A stretch of DNA of 64,000 nucleotides, taken from NCBI GenBank assembly GCA_905205975.1, contig CAJLFQ010000002.1, forward strand, positions 10,134-74,133. The letters run 5' to 3'. Of this stretch, positions 26,779-38,514 are shown piece after piece. The position numbers were made by a program, and so were the translations under genes. Each line of letters starts with the position of its first letter. The first letter of the stretch is position 1. Source of the stretch: an uncultured Eubacteriales bacterium (GTDB taxonomy: Bacteria; Bacillota; Clostridia; Oscillospirales; QAMX01). The notes under the pieces are model-generated. The model saw nothing but the letters and a program-made list of their open reading frames with translations. It ran no database searches and was not told the origin of the DNA.

Positions 26779-26807
26779 TTGCCATATGCATGCATTTATG
26801 GTATAAT
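26779..26807 (+). promoter_or_regulatory. sigma-A type promoter of pgeF
   Basis: TTGCCA, 17-nt spacer, TATAAT, with TGg upstream. Confidence 0.6.
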
Positions 26808-26864
26808 TAGAAACTGAGAAATCAGACGACGCCCGGCGATGGCGCAAAAAGGAGTGTGCTTCGG

Positions 26865-27698
26865 ATGATTCATACCGGCGGTTTTTCCATGCAGACCGGG
26901 CCAAACGGCGTCCCGTATGTCGTCTGCGATGCGCTTTGCGCCTCCGGCGCGGTGGATCATCTGTTTACGACGCGCCTCGGCGGCGTCAGCACCGGCGCAT
27001 TTGCTTCGATGAACCTGACCACCTCCACGGGCGACGATCCGGCAGCGGTCGAAGAAAATCTTCGGCGGCTTCTTCCGGCGCTGCACGCGGATCGTTCGGC
27101 GGTCTGTCGGACGCATCAGGTGCACGGCGACGTGATCCTGCCGGTTTCTCACCAGAATCAGGCGCTTTTTGCGGAAACGCCGCCGGAATGCGACGGCCTG
27201 ACCACGCAGGAACCCGGCCTGCTGCTGTTTGGAAAATTTGCCGACTGCGTCCCTGTCCTGCTCTGCGACCCGGTGCGGCGCGCCTGCGCCGTGATCCATG
27301 CCGGTTGGCGCGGAACGGTGCAGCGCATTGTGCAGAAAGGCGTGCGCGCGCTTGCGGAACGGTATGGCTCTAACCCCGCCGACTGCATTGCCGCCGTCGG
27401 CCCGTCCATCGGCTCCTGCTGTTTTCTGACGCATGAAGACGTCTCAGACGCCGTTCAGGCGGTGCTGGGTGCGGAGGCGGCGCGCGTGATGACGGCGTCG
27501 CCGGATGGACGGACGCACATCGACCTCAAGCAGGTCAACGCGCTGCTGCTGGCGCACTGCGGCGTCGGCGAGATCTATGTCAGCACGGATTGCACCTGCT
27601 GCCGGCCGGAAACTTATTTTTCCCACCGGAGAGACGGTCTTGCGCGCGGCAGCATGGCGGCGCTGATTGCCGTCCGGGAAATGAGGAAAACAACGTGA
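26865..27698 (+). CDS. pgeF: Peptidoglycan editing factor PgeF (YfiH/DUF152, laccase-domain protein)
   Basis: HQVHGD, CDGLTT, ADCVPVLL and HAGWRGT motifs. ATG 26865 lies 10 nt after GGAG (track start GTG 26856). Confidence 0.85.
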   Translation: MIHTGGFSMQTGPNGVPYVVCDALCASGAVDHLFTTRLGGVSTGAFASMNLTTSTGDDPAAVEENLRRLLPALHADRSAVCRTHQVHGDVILPVSHQNQALFAETPPECDGLTTQEPGLLLFGKFADCVPVLLCDPVRRACAVIHAGWRGTVQRIVQKGVRALAERYGSNPADCIAAVGPSIGSCCFLTHEDVSDAVQAVLGAEAARVMTASPDGRTHIDLKQVNALLLAHCGVGEIYVSTDCTCCRPETYFSHRRDGLARGSMAALIAVREMRKTT

Positions 27699-29245
27699 AA
27701 CACGCGCAAAACGATTCAGGCACGGCGAAACCGTGCCGTAAACGATATCAAACGGCTTGGCGCCTGACCTGCTGGCTGCTGGCGCTGACCCTGCTTTCGG
27801 CCTGCGGAAGGGCGCAGCCCGCCGAAACCGAGGCGACGCCGGCGGCAACGACGGCGCCCATCCTGACGCCGCCGGAACCGGCTGTCAACCTGCTGTTCGG
27901 CGTGCCCTTCCATGAAAACCGGCGCATCAACCCGATCACCGCTTCGTCTCAGACGGACCGCGACGTCGATGCGCTGCTGTTCGACCCGCTGTTCCGGGTG
28001 GATGCATCCTATCAGGCGCAGCCGAACCTCTGCACGGAGGCGGTCTATGAAGACGGAAAACTCCGGCTCACCATCCGCGAAGGCGTGCTGTTTACAGACG
28101 GCAGCATGCTCGGCGCAGAAGACGTGGTCTATTCGCTCCGAATGGCCATGGAAGACGAACATTCCTGCTACCGCAGCCGGTTTGCCGGCGTGACGGCCAT
28201 CGAGGCCGCCGGGAACAGAAGCGTTGTGCTGACGCTGCATGCGGCGCACCCGTCCCTGACGGCGATGCTCGATATCCCGATCATCAAACACGGCACCGGG
28301 CAGGACAATGACGCGGTCGGCACCGGCCGCTACCGCATGATGGAGTCAGATGGTCAGCGCTATCTCGTGACGAATACGGCGCATTTTTCCGGGCAGAGCG
28401 GTCATGCGCAGATGACGCATATGCTGCTGGTGGATGTTTCCGACGCCGATGATTTGATTTATGCCGCGGTTTCGGGCAATCTGGGCATTCTGCGCCCCAC
28501 GATTGCCGCCGGTGTGGAGCTGCATGCGGATGCCGACCGATGCCGCATGCCGACGACGACGCTGATCTACATCGGCTTCCGGACGGCTTCCGGGCTGTTT
28601 GCCTCGGAAACGGTTCGCCGCTCGGCGGCGGCGGTTCTGGCAGATGCCGATTGGACCGAAACGCAGACGGCGCAGGCCCCGGACTTCTATCCGGCGGCGC
28701 TCGGCTATGCGGATTCTGATGATGCAGACGCAGACGGAACCACCCGCTGGGCCATCCATGGAACGGTTCGCCTGCTGGTCAACGCGGATGAACCGGATGA
28801 GCTGGCCGCCGCAGAAGCGACCGAGACAGCGCTGACAGCGGCCGGACTGACGGTGACGTGCCTGAAAGAAACCGGCAGCGCTTATACGGCTGCGCTGCAA
28901 AAAGGGGCATATGATTTGTTCGTCGGCGCGTTTGACGCGGGCGCGGACTTTGACCTGCGCGGGCTGCTGGCGACCGGCGGCTCGCAGAACCGGACCGGCT
29001 GCGGCAGTGCCGAGCTGGACGCGCTGCTGACGTCCTATGTCCGCGCCGGAACGGCAGACGGCGAACTGATCGCCCGCCAGATTGTGACGGCGGCGAAACA
29101 GGAAGCGGCCGTCGTACCCGTCGGGTACCGGTGCGATGCGGTGCTTCTGAACCGGAAATTCGGCATCCGCAACGTCAAACCGACGGCGGACGACGTCTTT
29201 GACAACATTTATGACTGGGTTTATGACCGGGCGGAAACGAAATAA
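27695..29245 (+). CDS. ABC transporter substrate-binding lipoprotein, family 5 (peptide/nickel type)
   Basis: Lipobox LLSAC after a basic N-terminus. Family-5-like body (LFDPLF, YRM, LVTN). GTG 27695 overlaps the pgeF stop and has a gagga RBS. The track start at 27590 is inside pgeF. Confidence 0.7.
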   Translation: MKHAQNDSGTAKPCRKRYQTAWRLTCWLLALTLLSACGRAQPAETEATPAATTAPILTPPEPAVNLLFGVPFHENRRINPITASSQTDRDVDALLFDPLFRVDASYQAQPNLCTEAVYEDGKLRLTIREGVLFTDGSMLGAEDVVYSLRMAMEDEHSCYRSRFAGVTAIEAAGNRSVVLTLHAAHPSLTAMLDIPIIKHGTGQDNDAVGTGRYRMMESDGQRYLVTNTAHFSGQSGHAQMTHMLLVDVSDADDLIYAAVSGNLGILRPTIAAGVELHADADRCRMPTTTLIYIGFRTASGLFASETVRRSAAAVLADADWTETQTAQAPDFYPAALGYADSDDADADGTTRWAIHGTVRLLVNADEPDELAAAEATETALTAAGLTVTCLKETGSAYTAALQKGAYDLFVGAFDAGADFDLRGLLATGGSQNRTGCGSAELDALLTSYVRAGTADGELIARQIVTAAKQEAAVVPVGYRCDAVLLNRKFGIRNVKPTADDVFDNIYDWVYDRAETK

Positions 29246-29251
29246 CGGGGG

Positions 29252-30352
29252 GTGCCTGCGGTGAAACAGACGAAATGGATTCAATTCGGCGACCTGCACC
29301 TCGACGCGCCGATGCGGGCGCTCCGACCGGAGACGGCGGCGGCGCGCAGAAAGGCCGCGCGCGGGCTGCTGAACGAAATCATCCGCTATGCCGAACAGGC
29401 GGGCGCCTGCGCCATCCTCTGCACGGGCGACCTGTTCGATTCGCAGACGCCGTACCGCGATACCGTCGAATCTGCGGCACGGGCGTTCGCGGGGACGGCG
29501 CTGCCCGTTTTTCTGACGCCGGGCAACCATGATTTTTATACCGGCGCTTCACCGTACTGTCAGGCGGAGTGGAGTGAAAACGTCCACATTTTCAAATCGG
29601 AAACGCCCGAAACCGCGACGCTTGGCGATATTTCCGTCACCGGCATCGCATTCTGTTCAGATCAGCCGGGGCTGCATCCGCTGCGGCGGCTGACCGCCTG
29701 CGCAGACGGCGTGTTTGTCGGGCATGGCGAGCCGTTTGTGCCGGATTCCGCGTATGCCGCGTACCCGCAGGCGGAGATTGCCGCTTCCGGGCTGGCCTAT
29801 CTGGCGCTGGGGCACATTCATCAGCCGGACGCCCGCATGGCGGGTCAGACGCTGGTTGTGCAGAACGGCAGTGTGGAAGGGCGCGGGCTGGACGAAATCG
29901 GCGAACGCGGATTCTATGAGGTGACGCTCGGCGCAGATGCACCGGCGTGGAAACTGATTCCATCCTCCGGGAGCCGCGTCGTGCGGATGACGGTTCCGGA
30001 TGCGCCGGGCGATACGCCGTCGCTGACGGCAGCCGTTCTGGCGCAGTGCGAAACGGCGCCGGAACGGACGATTCTGCGCCTAACGGCCGAAGCGGCCGAC
30101 CCGGAAGCGCTGTTGGCGGCGCTGAGCCGGCGGTTTCTGGATGTGCGCCTGACGGCGCCGGTGAAGCCGGCCACGCTGCCGGCGGAACGTTCGCCGCTCA
30201 TGCAGCTCTTCTGTGCGCGGGCGGAGGCGGCGATCGCCGCGGCAAAAACGGCGGAAGACCGGCAGATCGCGGAAACGGCGCTGCGTTTTGGTCTGGCCGC
30301 CATGGAGAACCGGGAAGATCCGCACGGCGCATGCGGAACCGGACGCTTTTGA
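29252..30352 (+). CDS. Metallophosphoesterase DNA-repair exonuclease (SbcD/YhaO-like)
   Basis: FGDLHLD, GDLFD, GNHD and GHIH motifs. Confidence 0.8.
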   Translation: MPAVKQTKWIQFGDLHLDAPMRALRPETAAARRKAARGLLNEIIRYAEQAGACAILCTGDLFDSQTPYRDTVESAARAFAGTALPVFLTPGNHDFYTGASPYCQAEWSENVHIFKSETPETATLGDISVTGIAFCSDQPGLHPLRRLTACADGVFVGHGEPFVPDSAYAAYPQAEIAASGLAYLALGHIHQPDARMAGQTLVVQNGSVEGRGLDEIGERGFYEVTLGADAPAWKLIPSSGSRVVRMTVPDAPGDTPSLTAAVLAQCETAPERTILRLTAEAADPEALLAALSRRFLDVRLTAPVKPATLPAERSPLMQLFCARAEAAIAAAKTAEDRQIAETALRFGLAAMENREDPHGACGTGRF

Positions 30353-30398
30353 GAAACGCTTTGCAAGAACGCTTTTGAGATCGAGAGGGCGGTCAAGT

Positions 30399-32603
30399 TT
30401 GATTTATCGGGAAATAGCGGGCAGATTCGGCGGCATAGAAGGCGCCATGCATCTGTCGGACGGGTTGAATGTATACTGCGCGCCGAACGAGTCGGGTAAA
30501 TCGACGTGGTGCGCACTGATCCGGGCCGTTCTGTACGGCGTCGAGTCCGGCGAACGCGCCAAAGCGGGGGTTCTGCCGGCCAAAATCAAATATCAGCCGT
30601 GGAGCGGCCGCCCGGCCTTCGGCCGGATGACCGTTTCGGCGGGCGGACGCGACATCACGCTTGTCCGCCGGAGCGAACGCGGTCGGATGTTTCAGACGTT
30701 TTCGGCGGTCTGCCGGGATTCCAACGAGCCGGTGCCCGGCCTGGACGGCATGAATGCCGGGGAAACGCTGACCGGCGTGCCGGTGAGCGTGTTTACGCGG
30801 AGCCTTTTCTGTTCCGGCGGACAGATGGCGGTGACGGAAGAGGCGGAGCTGGAACGGAAGATTGCCGCCGTCGCCGGAACGGGCGACGATGAAATTTCAG
30901 CCGCCGCAGCAGACGAGCTGCTGGGCGCATGGAAGCGGGCGCGCCGCTATAACAGCCGTGGCAGAATCCCGCAAATCGAAGAACAAATCCGAAAAAACGA
31001 GGCGGAAGCCGCAGAAATTGCCGAGCTGAACGGCGATCTGCTGAAAATCGGCGCAGAGGTCCGGGCGGCGGAAGCAACCTATCTGCGCCTGCGGAAAGAG
31101 CAGGCGGTGTTTTCGCATACGGCGCAGGCGGAACGCGCGTCGGCTGCGGCAGAGGAAGCCGCGCAAGCGGCAGACGCCTTCCGAAAGGAACATGATTTAT
31201 CCGGTGCGCGCGGCGACGCCGAAACGTGCCTGCGCGCCGCCGAGCAGTTCCGGCTGGCGGCCGGACGGGAAGCGGAATGCCGCATCGCAGAAGCGGAGTT
31301 TTATCAGGCAAAGGCCGCCGTCAACGCGGCCGCCTGCCCGAAGGCGCTGTCGATTTTTGAGGGCTGCACTGCACCGTTTGCCCGGGAAACAGCGGCAAGG
31401 GACAGTGCACGCTGTGAAGCCATGCTGAAGGCGAAACCAAAGCGGTGGCTCTTTCCCGCGGCACTTTTGACCATTGCCGCCGGAGTACTGCTGTCGCTGC
31501 CGGCGTATGAGGAGAGCCTGCTCGGCCCGGCGCTGCTCGCCATCCTCGGCGCAGCCGGTCTGGCGCTCGGCGCCGCCGGGGTCGCTTCCGCCGTGAAGAG
31601 CCGGAAAACGCGGGAAGCCGGGGAGGCGCTCTGCGCGTCATACGGCGTGAAGAAACCGGTCGATATGCTTGCGCTGGCCGGGGCATATGAAGCGCATCTG
31701 GCGGACTGCCGTCATCTGGCCGACGCCGCCGATGAAGCCGGACAGACGCTGCTTTCCCTGCGGGAAAAATACGATTTTGTGAAGCACGGCGCGGATGAAT
31801 ATGCGGCGCTGCTGCGGATTCCGCCGGAAGGCGAAGCGGCGGAGGAACTCGTCCGGCTGAACCGCCGGTATGCGCAGCTCTGCGCAGAAGCCGACCGCAC
31901 CGCGGCCGCCTATCAAGCCGTCGCAGCGGCAGAGCCGGAACCGCCGGAGGAACCGACGCAGTTTGCAACCGCAGAAGAAACTGCGCAGGCGCTGGCGGAA
32001 GCGGAAGAACATCTTCGCCGGGCGGAACGGGCGCAGGCCGCCTGCGAAGGGCGGCTCTCACGCCTGCGGGATCTGGCAGAGCTGACGGCCGAGACCGACC
32101 GGCTCCGCGAGACGCTGGCGTCGCTTTTGATGGAATATGACGCGATTGCGCTGGCGCAGACGTGGCTCAAAGAGAGCGCAGGCGAACTGGCCGGCCGTCT
32201 GACGCCGAAGCTCTGCCGCCGGGCGGGCGAACTGTTTGAAGCGATGACCGGCGGAAAATACAGTGCGCTGACCATTGACCGGCACTTTGCAGCCGACGTC
32301 AGCGCTGCGGGCGATCTGGAGCCGCACGGCATGCTCACACTGAGCCGCGGCGCGCTCGACCAGCTGTATCTCGCCATGCGGATTGCGCTGAGCGAAGTCT
32401 GCTTTGAAGCGCCCCTGCCGCCACTCGTGCTGGACGACTGCTTGGCGGCGTTCGACGATGCGCGCGCAGAACAGACGATGGCGCTGCTGGCGGAGCTGGC
32501 AAAGACGCGGCAGATCCTCTTTTTGACCTGCCGGAGCCGGGAGGCCGAGGCGGCAAAACGGTACGGGGCGTCGGAAGTCACCCCGGTGCAGGTGAACGAA
32601 TAA
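30399..32603 (+). CDS. AAA/SMC-like ATPase (SbcC/YhaN-like)
   Basis: Walker A APNESGKST, long coiled-coil Ala/Glu-rich middle with a TM-like segment, C-terminal signature-like LSRGALDQLYLAMRIAL and Walker B LVLDDCL. TTG 30399 has an RBS. ATG 30447 is an alternative. The track start at 30213 overlaps the upstream gene. Confidence 0.75.
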   Translation: MIYREIAGRFGGIEGAMHLSDGLNVYCAPNESGKSTWCALIRAVLYGVESGERAKAGVLPAKIKYQPWSGRPAFGRMTVSAGGRDITLVRRSERGRMFQTFSAVCRDSNEPVPGLDGMNAGETLTGVPVSVFTRSLFCSGGQMAVTEEAELERKIAAVAGTGDDEISAAAADELLGAWKRARRYNSRGRIPQIEEQIRKNEAEAAEIAELNGDLLKIGAEVRAAEATYLRLRKEQAVFSHTAQAERASAAAEEAAQAADAFRKEHDLSGARGDAETCLRAAEQFRLAAGREAECRIAEAEFYQAKAAVNAAACPKALSIFEGCTAPFARETAARDSARCEAMLKAKPKRWLFPAALLTIAAGVLLSLPAYEESLLGPALLAILGAAGLALGAAGVASAVKSRKTREAGEALCASYGVKKPVDMLALAGAYEAHLADCRHLADAADEAGQTLLSLREKYDFVKHGADEYAALLRIPPEGEAAEELVRLNRRYAQLCAEADRTAAAYQAVAAAEPEPPEEPTQFATAEETAQALAEAEEHLRRAERAQAACEGRLSRLRDLAELTAETDRLRETLASLLMEYDAIALAQTWLKESAGELAGRLTPKLCRRAGELFEAMTGGKYSALTIDRHFAADVSAAGDLEPHGMLTLSRGALDQLYLAMRIALSEVCFEAPLPPLVLDDCLAAFDDARAEQTMALLAELAKTRQILFLTCRSREAEAAKRYGASEVTPVQVNE

Positions 32604-32673
32604 CATCGGATGCAGGCAAACGCCTGCGGATCGGATGATTTGATTTTTACGACAACGGAGCTGGACCAAACGG

Positions 32674-34471
<1,798 letters not shown>

Positions 34472-34479
<8 letters not shown>

Positions 34480-35611
34480 GACGCTGGGGCTCTACGTCCA
34501 CATCCCGTTCTGCCGCTCAAAATGCGCCTACTGCGATTTCTATTCGCAGCCGTCGGTCTCGGAAGCGGCGCAGGCGTCATACGTCCGGGCACTGGAACAG
34601 ACGGCGGAAAAAATGCTTCCGCTGGCGGAATCGTACCGGGTGACGAGCGTCTATCTGGGCGGCGGCACGCCGAGCGCCCTGCCGCCAATGCTTTTTGCGC
34701 GGGTGCTGGGTGCGATGCGGCGGTTCCGGATTGAACCGTCGGCGGAAATCACCGCCGAAGCCAACCCGGCGCCCCTGCCCGACGGGCTGTTTGATGTCTG
34801 GGCGCAGAACGGCGTCAACCGCGTGTCCATCGGTATGCAGTCTGCCGAGGCGTCGGAACTGCGCGCCGTCGGCAGGCGGCATACCTGCGCGGATGTCACA
34901 GCCGCCGTTTCCGCGGCGCGCCGTGCGGGGATCCGGAACATCAGCCTTGACCTGATGCTCGGTCTGCCCGGGCAGACGCAGGATTCCGTCCGGCGGTCGC
35001 TCGACTTTGCGCTGTCGCTGGCGCCGGCGCATTTGTCGCTCTACTGCCTGAAGCTCGAACCGGGGACACCGCTGGAACGGCTGGTCTCTGCCGGGCGTGT
35101 GACGCTGCCGGACGATGAGGCGGTCGCCGACTGGTATCTCGACTGCTGCGGGCGTCTGGCTGCGGCAGGGCTCGCACAGTATGAGATTTCCAACTTCGCC
35201 CGCCCGGGGTATGAATCCCGCCACAACCTGCGCTACTGGCAGCGGGGGGATTATCTGGGCATCGGCGCCGCGGCGCACTCCTTTTTTGAAGGCGTCCGGC
35301 GGTTTTTCCCGGCGGATAGGGCCGCATTTCAAACGCTGGCGGCGCAGCCGGAGATCGGCTGGATCGACGATGAACCGGTCAACGAAGCGGAGGAAGTGCT
35401 GATGCTCTCCCTGCGGACCGCGGCGGGCTGCCCGATGGACGCGCTTGCTGCGTGCGCCGGATCCGCTGCGGCAAAACAGATCGGAAATCAGCTGGCGGCG
35501 CTGATTCCGGCGGGTTATGCCGTGCAGAACGCGGACGGCTACGCGCTGACGCCGAAGGGCATGCTTGTTTCCAACACGATTCTGTCCGACCTGATGATGG
35601 CGCTGAACTGA
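34472..35611 (+). CDS. hemW: Radical SAM heme chaperone HemW (coproporphyrinogen III oxidase-like)
   Basis: [17 protein letters not shown] radical-SAM motif and the conserved lepA-hemW pairing. Overlaps lepA by 8 nt. Confidence 0.9.
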
Positions 35612-35714
35612 ATGCCATGCCGGACGGAATGTCAAAAGGAAAAACGGGGCGGGATGCACCGCATCCCATACGACATCCATACGATATCATAGAATCAGAC
35701 AAGGAGAGACCATC

Positions 35715-35984
35715 ATGCGTGCAGTTATCACCGTCGTCGGCAAAGACGCCGTCGGCATCATTGCGGACGTTTCCGCCGTGCTGAAAGCACATTCCGCCAA
35801 CATCGTCGACATTACCCAATCGGTTTTACAGGATCTGTTCGCCATGATCATGCTGGCGGACATCACCGAATTGAACGTGGATTTCAGCAATCTGGCCGAT
35901 GAGCTGACCGGTCTGGGCAAAACGCTCGGTCTGGATGTCCGCGTCATGCACGAGGAAATTTTCAACTCCATGCACCGGATTTGA
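35715..35984 (+). CDS. ACT-domain protein (UPF0237 family)
   Basis: 89 aa, [23 protein letters not shown] fold. Paired with the downstream UPF0210 gene, as is usual. Confidence 0.85.
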   Translation: MRAVITVVGKDAVGIIADVSAVLKAHSANIVDITQSVLQDLFAMIMLADITELNVDFSNLADELTGLGKTLGLDVRVMHEEIFNSMHRI

Positions 35985-36004
35985 AAACGGAGGGTGCGAA
36001 AACC

Positions 36005-37363
36005 ATGCTGAACAGCTTTGACATTCTCGAAACCATCAAAATGATCTCCGACGAGCATCTGGACATCCGCACCATCACGATGGGCATCAGCCTGTCGGAC
36101 TGTGCCGCGGAAAGCGTTAAACGCTGCGCGGAGAAGATTTACGACAAAATCACCCATCGGGCGGAACATCTGGTCGAAGTCGGAAACCGGATCGAAAAAG
36201 AATACGGCATTCCGGTCATCAACAAGCGCATTTCGGTCACGCCGATTGCGCTCGTCGCAGCAGCCTGCGCGGAGACGGACGACACGCCGCTGGCGGAAGC
36301 GCTCGACCGTGCGGCGCAGACCGTCGGCATCAACTTCATCGGCGGGTTTTCCGCGCTGGTGCACAAGGGCATGACGGAATCCGACCGGCGGCTGATTGAG
36401 TCGATCCCGTCGGCGCTGGCGGCGACGGAGCGGGTCTGCTCCTCGGTCAACGTCGCGACCACCCGTGCAGGCATCAATATGGATGCCGTTGCAAAAATGG
36501 GCGAAATTATGAAAGAAACCGCCTATCTGACACGCGAAAGTGATTCTTTCGGCTGCGCAAAGCTCGTCGTGTTTGCCAACAGCCCGGAGGATAACCCGTT
36601 CATGGCGGGCGCGTATCACGGCGTCGGCGAAGCGGAGTGCGCCATCAACGTCGGCGTTTCCGGGCCGGGCGTCGTTCGGGCGGCCATCGAACGCCACGGC
36701 GCGATGAACCTGACGGAGCTGGCGGACGTCATCAAGAAGACGGCGTTCAAAATCACGCGCATGGGTCAGCTGGTCGCCTATGAGGCCTCCCAGCGGCTGG
36801 GTGCGAACTTCGGCATTGTCGACCTGTCGCTGGCGCCGACGCCTGCGGTCGGCGATTCCGTCGCCCGGATTTTGGAGGCGATGGGGCTGGAAACGTGCGG
36901 ATGCCACGGGACGACGGCGTGTCTGGCCATGCTGAACGACGCCGTCAAGAAGGGCGGCGTCATGGCGTCGTCTCATGTCGGCGGGCTGTCCGGGGCATTC
37001 ATCCCGGTCAGCGAGGACATGGGCATGGTTGAAGCGGCGCAGAAAGGCGTGCTGACGATCGATAAGCTCGAAGCGATGACGGCGGTCTGCTCGGTTGGGC
37101 TGGATATGATCGCCGTGCCGGGCGATACGCCGGCGGAAGTGCTTTCGGCGATCATCGCGGATGAAATCTCCATCGGCGTCGTCAACAATAAGACGACGGC
37201 GGTGCGTCTGATTCCGGTGTACGGCAAGACGGTCGGCGACAGCATCTCGTTCGGCGGTCTGTGGGGCGAAGCGCCCATCATGCCGGTGCATCGGGAATCG
37301 CCGGCGGTGTTCATTCACCGCGGCGGCCGCATCCCGGCGCCGATCCACAGCCAGCGGAACTGA
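36005..37363 (+). CDS. UPF0210/DUF711 (PFL-like) family protein
   Basis: [25 protein letters not shown]-terminus typical of the family. GGAGGG RBS before ATG 36005. The last codons (HSQRN*) lie inside the inverted repeat. Confidence 0.85.
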   Translation: MLNSFDILETIKMISDEHLDIRTITMGISLSDCAAESVKRCAEKIYDKITHRAEHLVEVGNRIEKEYGIPVINKRISVTPIALVAAACAETDDTPLAEALDRAAQTVGINFIGGFSALVHKGMTESDRRLIESIPSALAATERVCSSVNVATTRAGINMDAVAKMGEIMKETAYLTRESDSFGCAKLVVFANSPEDNPFMAGAYHGVGEAECAINVGVSGPGVVRAAIERHGAMNLTELADVIKKTAFKITRMGQLVAYEASQRLGANFGIVDLSLAPTPAVGDSVARILEAMGLETCGCHGTTACLAMLNDAVKKGGVMASSHVGGLSGAFIPVSEDMGMVEAAQKGVLTIDKLEAMTAVCSVGLDMIAVPGDTPAEVLSAIIADEISIGVVNNKTTAVRLIPVYGKTVGDSISFGGLWGEAPIMPVHRESPAVFIHRGGRIPAPIHSQRN

Positions 37364-37374
37364 TTTGACATGCG

Positions 37375-37411
37375 GAATCCCCGGACTGCCAAAGGCAATC
37401 CGGGGATTTTT
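37375..37411 (+). terminator. Terminator of the UPF0210 gene (inside the left repeat arm)
   Basis: gaatccccggactgcc-aaa-ggcaatccggggatt followed by tttt. Confidence 0.8.
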
Positions 37412-37507
37412 GCGTGTGGTTGGGGGAGGCTGCGGGTGTGCGTTGGGGGTAGGCGCTGCGGGTATGTGTTGGCGGATAGGCTGCGGGTATGTGGCGGCGG
37501 ATAGGCT
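37412..37507 (+). repeat. Family B ~25-nt degenerate tandem repeat (about 4 units)
   Basis: gcgtgtggttgggggaggctgcgggtgt / gcgttgggggtaggcgctgcgggtatgt / gttggcggataggctgcgggtatgt / ggcggcggataggct. Confidence 0.75.
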
Positions 37508-37509
37508 AT

Positions 37510-37582
37510 GTTCGACCTCATCCGGCGAAAGCGATTTTCGGTGAAAATCGTTTTCGCCACCTTCCCCTGCTCAGGGGAAGGC
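37510..37582 (+). repeat. Family A variant 2 repeat
   Basis: gttcgacctcatccggcgaaagcgattttcggtgaaaatcgttttcgccaccttcccctgctcaggggaaggc. Confidence 0.85.
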
Positions 37583-37694
37583 GTTGGTAGTTTCCCGCTG
37601 GCTCTCCTGTGTGCGAAGTGTGAACATCGGGTACGGAATGAGCCAGCGGGCTTTCCAAAGGAACGCCAGCTGGCGTTGGCGGTTCCCCAATGTT

Positions 37695-37850
37695 CCCGCA
37701 GCGGACGAAGGAAAGCGCTTCGGCGAATTGGAGCCTTCCCCTACGAGGGGAAGGTGGTTCTTTGCTTTTCCCCGAAAAGCAAAGAACCGGATGAGGTGGA
37801 AGATCGGGGATCCGCCGGGGAAAAGGCGAATCTGCCAAATCAGCTGTCCC
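37695..37850 (-). repeat. Family A variant 1 repeat, extended form (inverted)
   Basis: Core gccttcccctacgaggggaaggtggttctttgcttttccccgaaaagcaaagaaccggatgaggtggaag (37733-37802). The flanks match 18640-18795 in reverse complement. Confidence 0.8.
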
Positions 37851-37911
37851 CTTGTATGCCGCAGGCATAACCGCGTCCCTGCGGGGGGAAGGCTCCGGTG
37901 TTTGATTCGGC

Positions 37912-37940
37912 TTGCTTTTTCCGCTCAAATATGGTATCAT
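37912..37940 (+). promoter_or_regulatory. Inward-facing promoter in the left repeat arm (drives the VOC gene)
   Basis: TTGCTT, 17-nt spacer, TATCAT, with TGg upstream. The same sequence is present inverted at 39898-39926. Confidence 0.6.
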
Positions 37941-38010
37941 ATGCACATATACGGAATCTATTTCCCGTCCCAAAATCAACCATTTCAAACGATTACGGAG
38001 GAATCATCTG

Positions 38011-38418
38011 ATGTCTAACGAACGCATTTCCGGCTGCGGGTTCCACCATCTGGCACTCCGCGTCAGCAACTTTGACAAGAGCTTCCGTTTTTATACGGAA
38101 ACGCTCGGCTTCCGTCTGCGCACCGCATGGGGCGAAGGCGACAAACGCGTCGCGCTGCTTGATTTCGGCGACGGCGGCTGTCTGGAACTGTTCGCAGGCG
38201 CCAACGGCGAACAGCCGGAAGGCTGCTTCTGGCACGCCGCGCTGAAAACAACCGACGTTGACGCCGCCTATGCCGCCGCCCGTGCCGCCGGCGCCGCCGA
38301 TTACCGCGCCCCGTCCGACGTTCTGCTCGGCGAAGGCGACCATCCCAGAATCGCCGCCCGCATTGCATTCGTCCGCGGGTTCGACGGCGAACTGCTCGAA
38401 TTCTTCTGCGAGAAGTAA
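38011..38418 (+). CDS. VOC-family (glyoxalase/bleomycin-resistance/dioxygenase fold) protein
   Basis: GFHHLALRVSNFDKSFRFYTETLGF N-terminal VOC motif. 135 aa from ATG 38011, with a ggagga RBS. Confidence 0.8.
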   Translation: MSNERISGCGFHHLALRVSNFDKSFRFYTETLGFRLRTAWGEGDKRVALLDFGDGGCLELFAGANGEQPEGCFWHAALKTTDVDAAYAAARAAGAADYRAPSDVLLGEGDHPRIAARIAFVRGFDGELLEFFCEK

Positions 38419-38441
38419 TCTGCTCTCACCGCATACAGCCC

Positions 38442-38478
38442 AAAAGGCCGGACAGGCATATCGCCTGTCCGGCCTTTT
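38442..38478. terminator. Bidirectional terminator between the two convergent cassette genes
   Basis: aaaaggccggacaggc-atat-cgcctgtccggcctttt. Confidence 0.85.
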
Positions 38479-38514
38479 CTCATGCAGCAAAACGGATGCC
38501 GCAGTCGACTTCGG

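Larger units (their letters stand above)
37344..37941 (+). repeat. Left arm of a long imperfect inverted repeat (composite: gene end, terminator, family B tandem units, family A copies, promoter)
   Basis: tccacagccagcggaactgatttgacatgcggaatccccggactgccaaaggcaatccggggattt... matches the reverse complement of 40266-39897 with few mismatches or indels over the first ~250 nt and again over the promoter segment. The left arm has extra internal sequence. Confidence 0.85.

Noticed and set aside
29252-32603. Nuclease + SMC-like ATPase pair as a phage-defence system (Lamassu/Wadjet/OLD-like).
   Set aside because: The architecture matches the housekeeping YhaO/YhaN (SbcD/SbcC-like) repair pair of Firmicutes: GDLHLD/GNHD nuclease plus a coiled-coil ATPase with a C-terminal LVLDD. 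It lies among core genes (pgeF, lepA, hemW) with no additional defence-type partners.
35687-37348. Minus-strand 553-aa ORF.
   Set aside because: It lies opposite the conserved ACT + UPF0210 gene pair and is an R/D/A-rich shadow frame.
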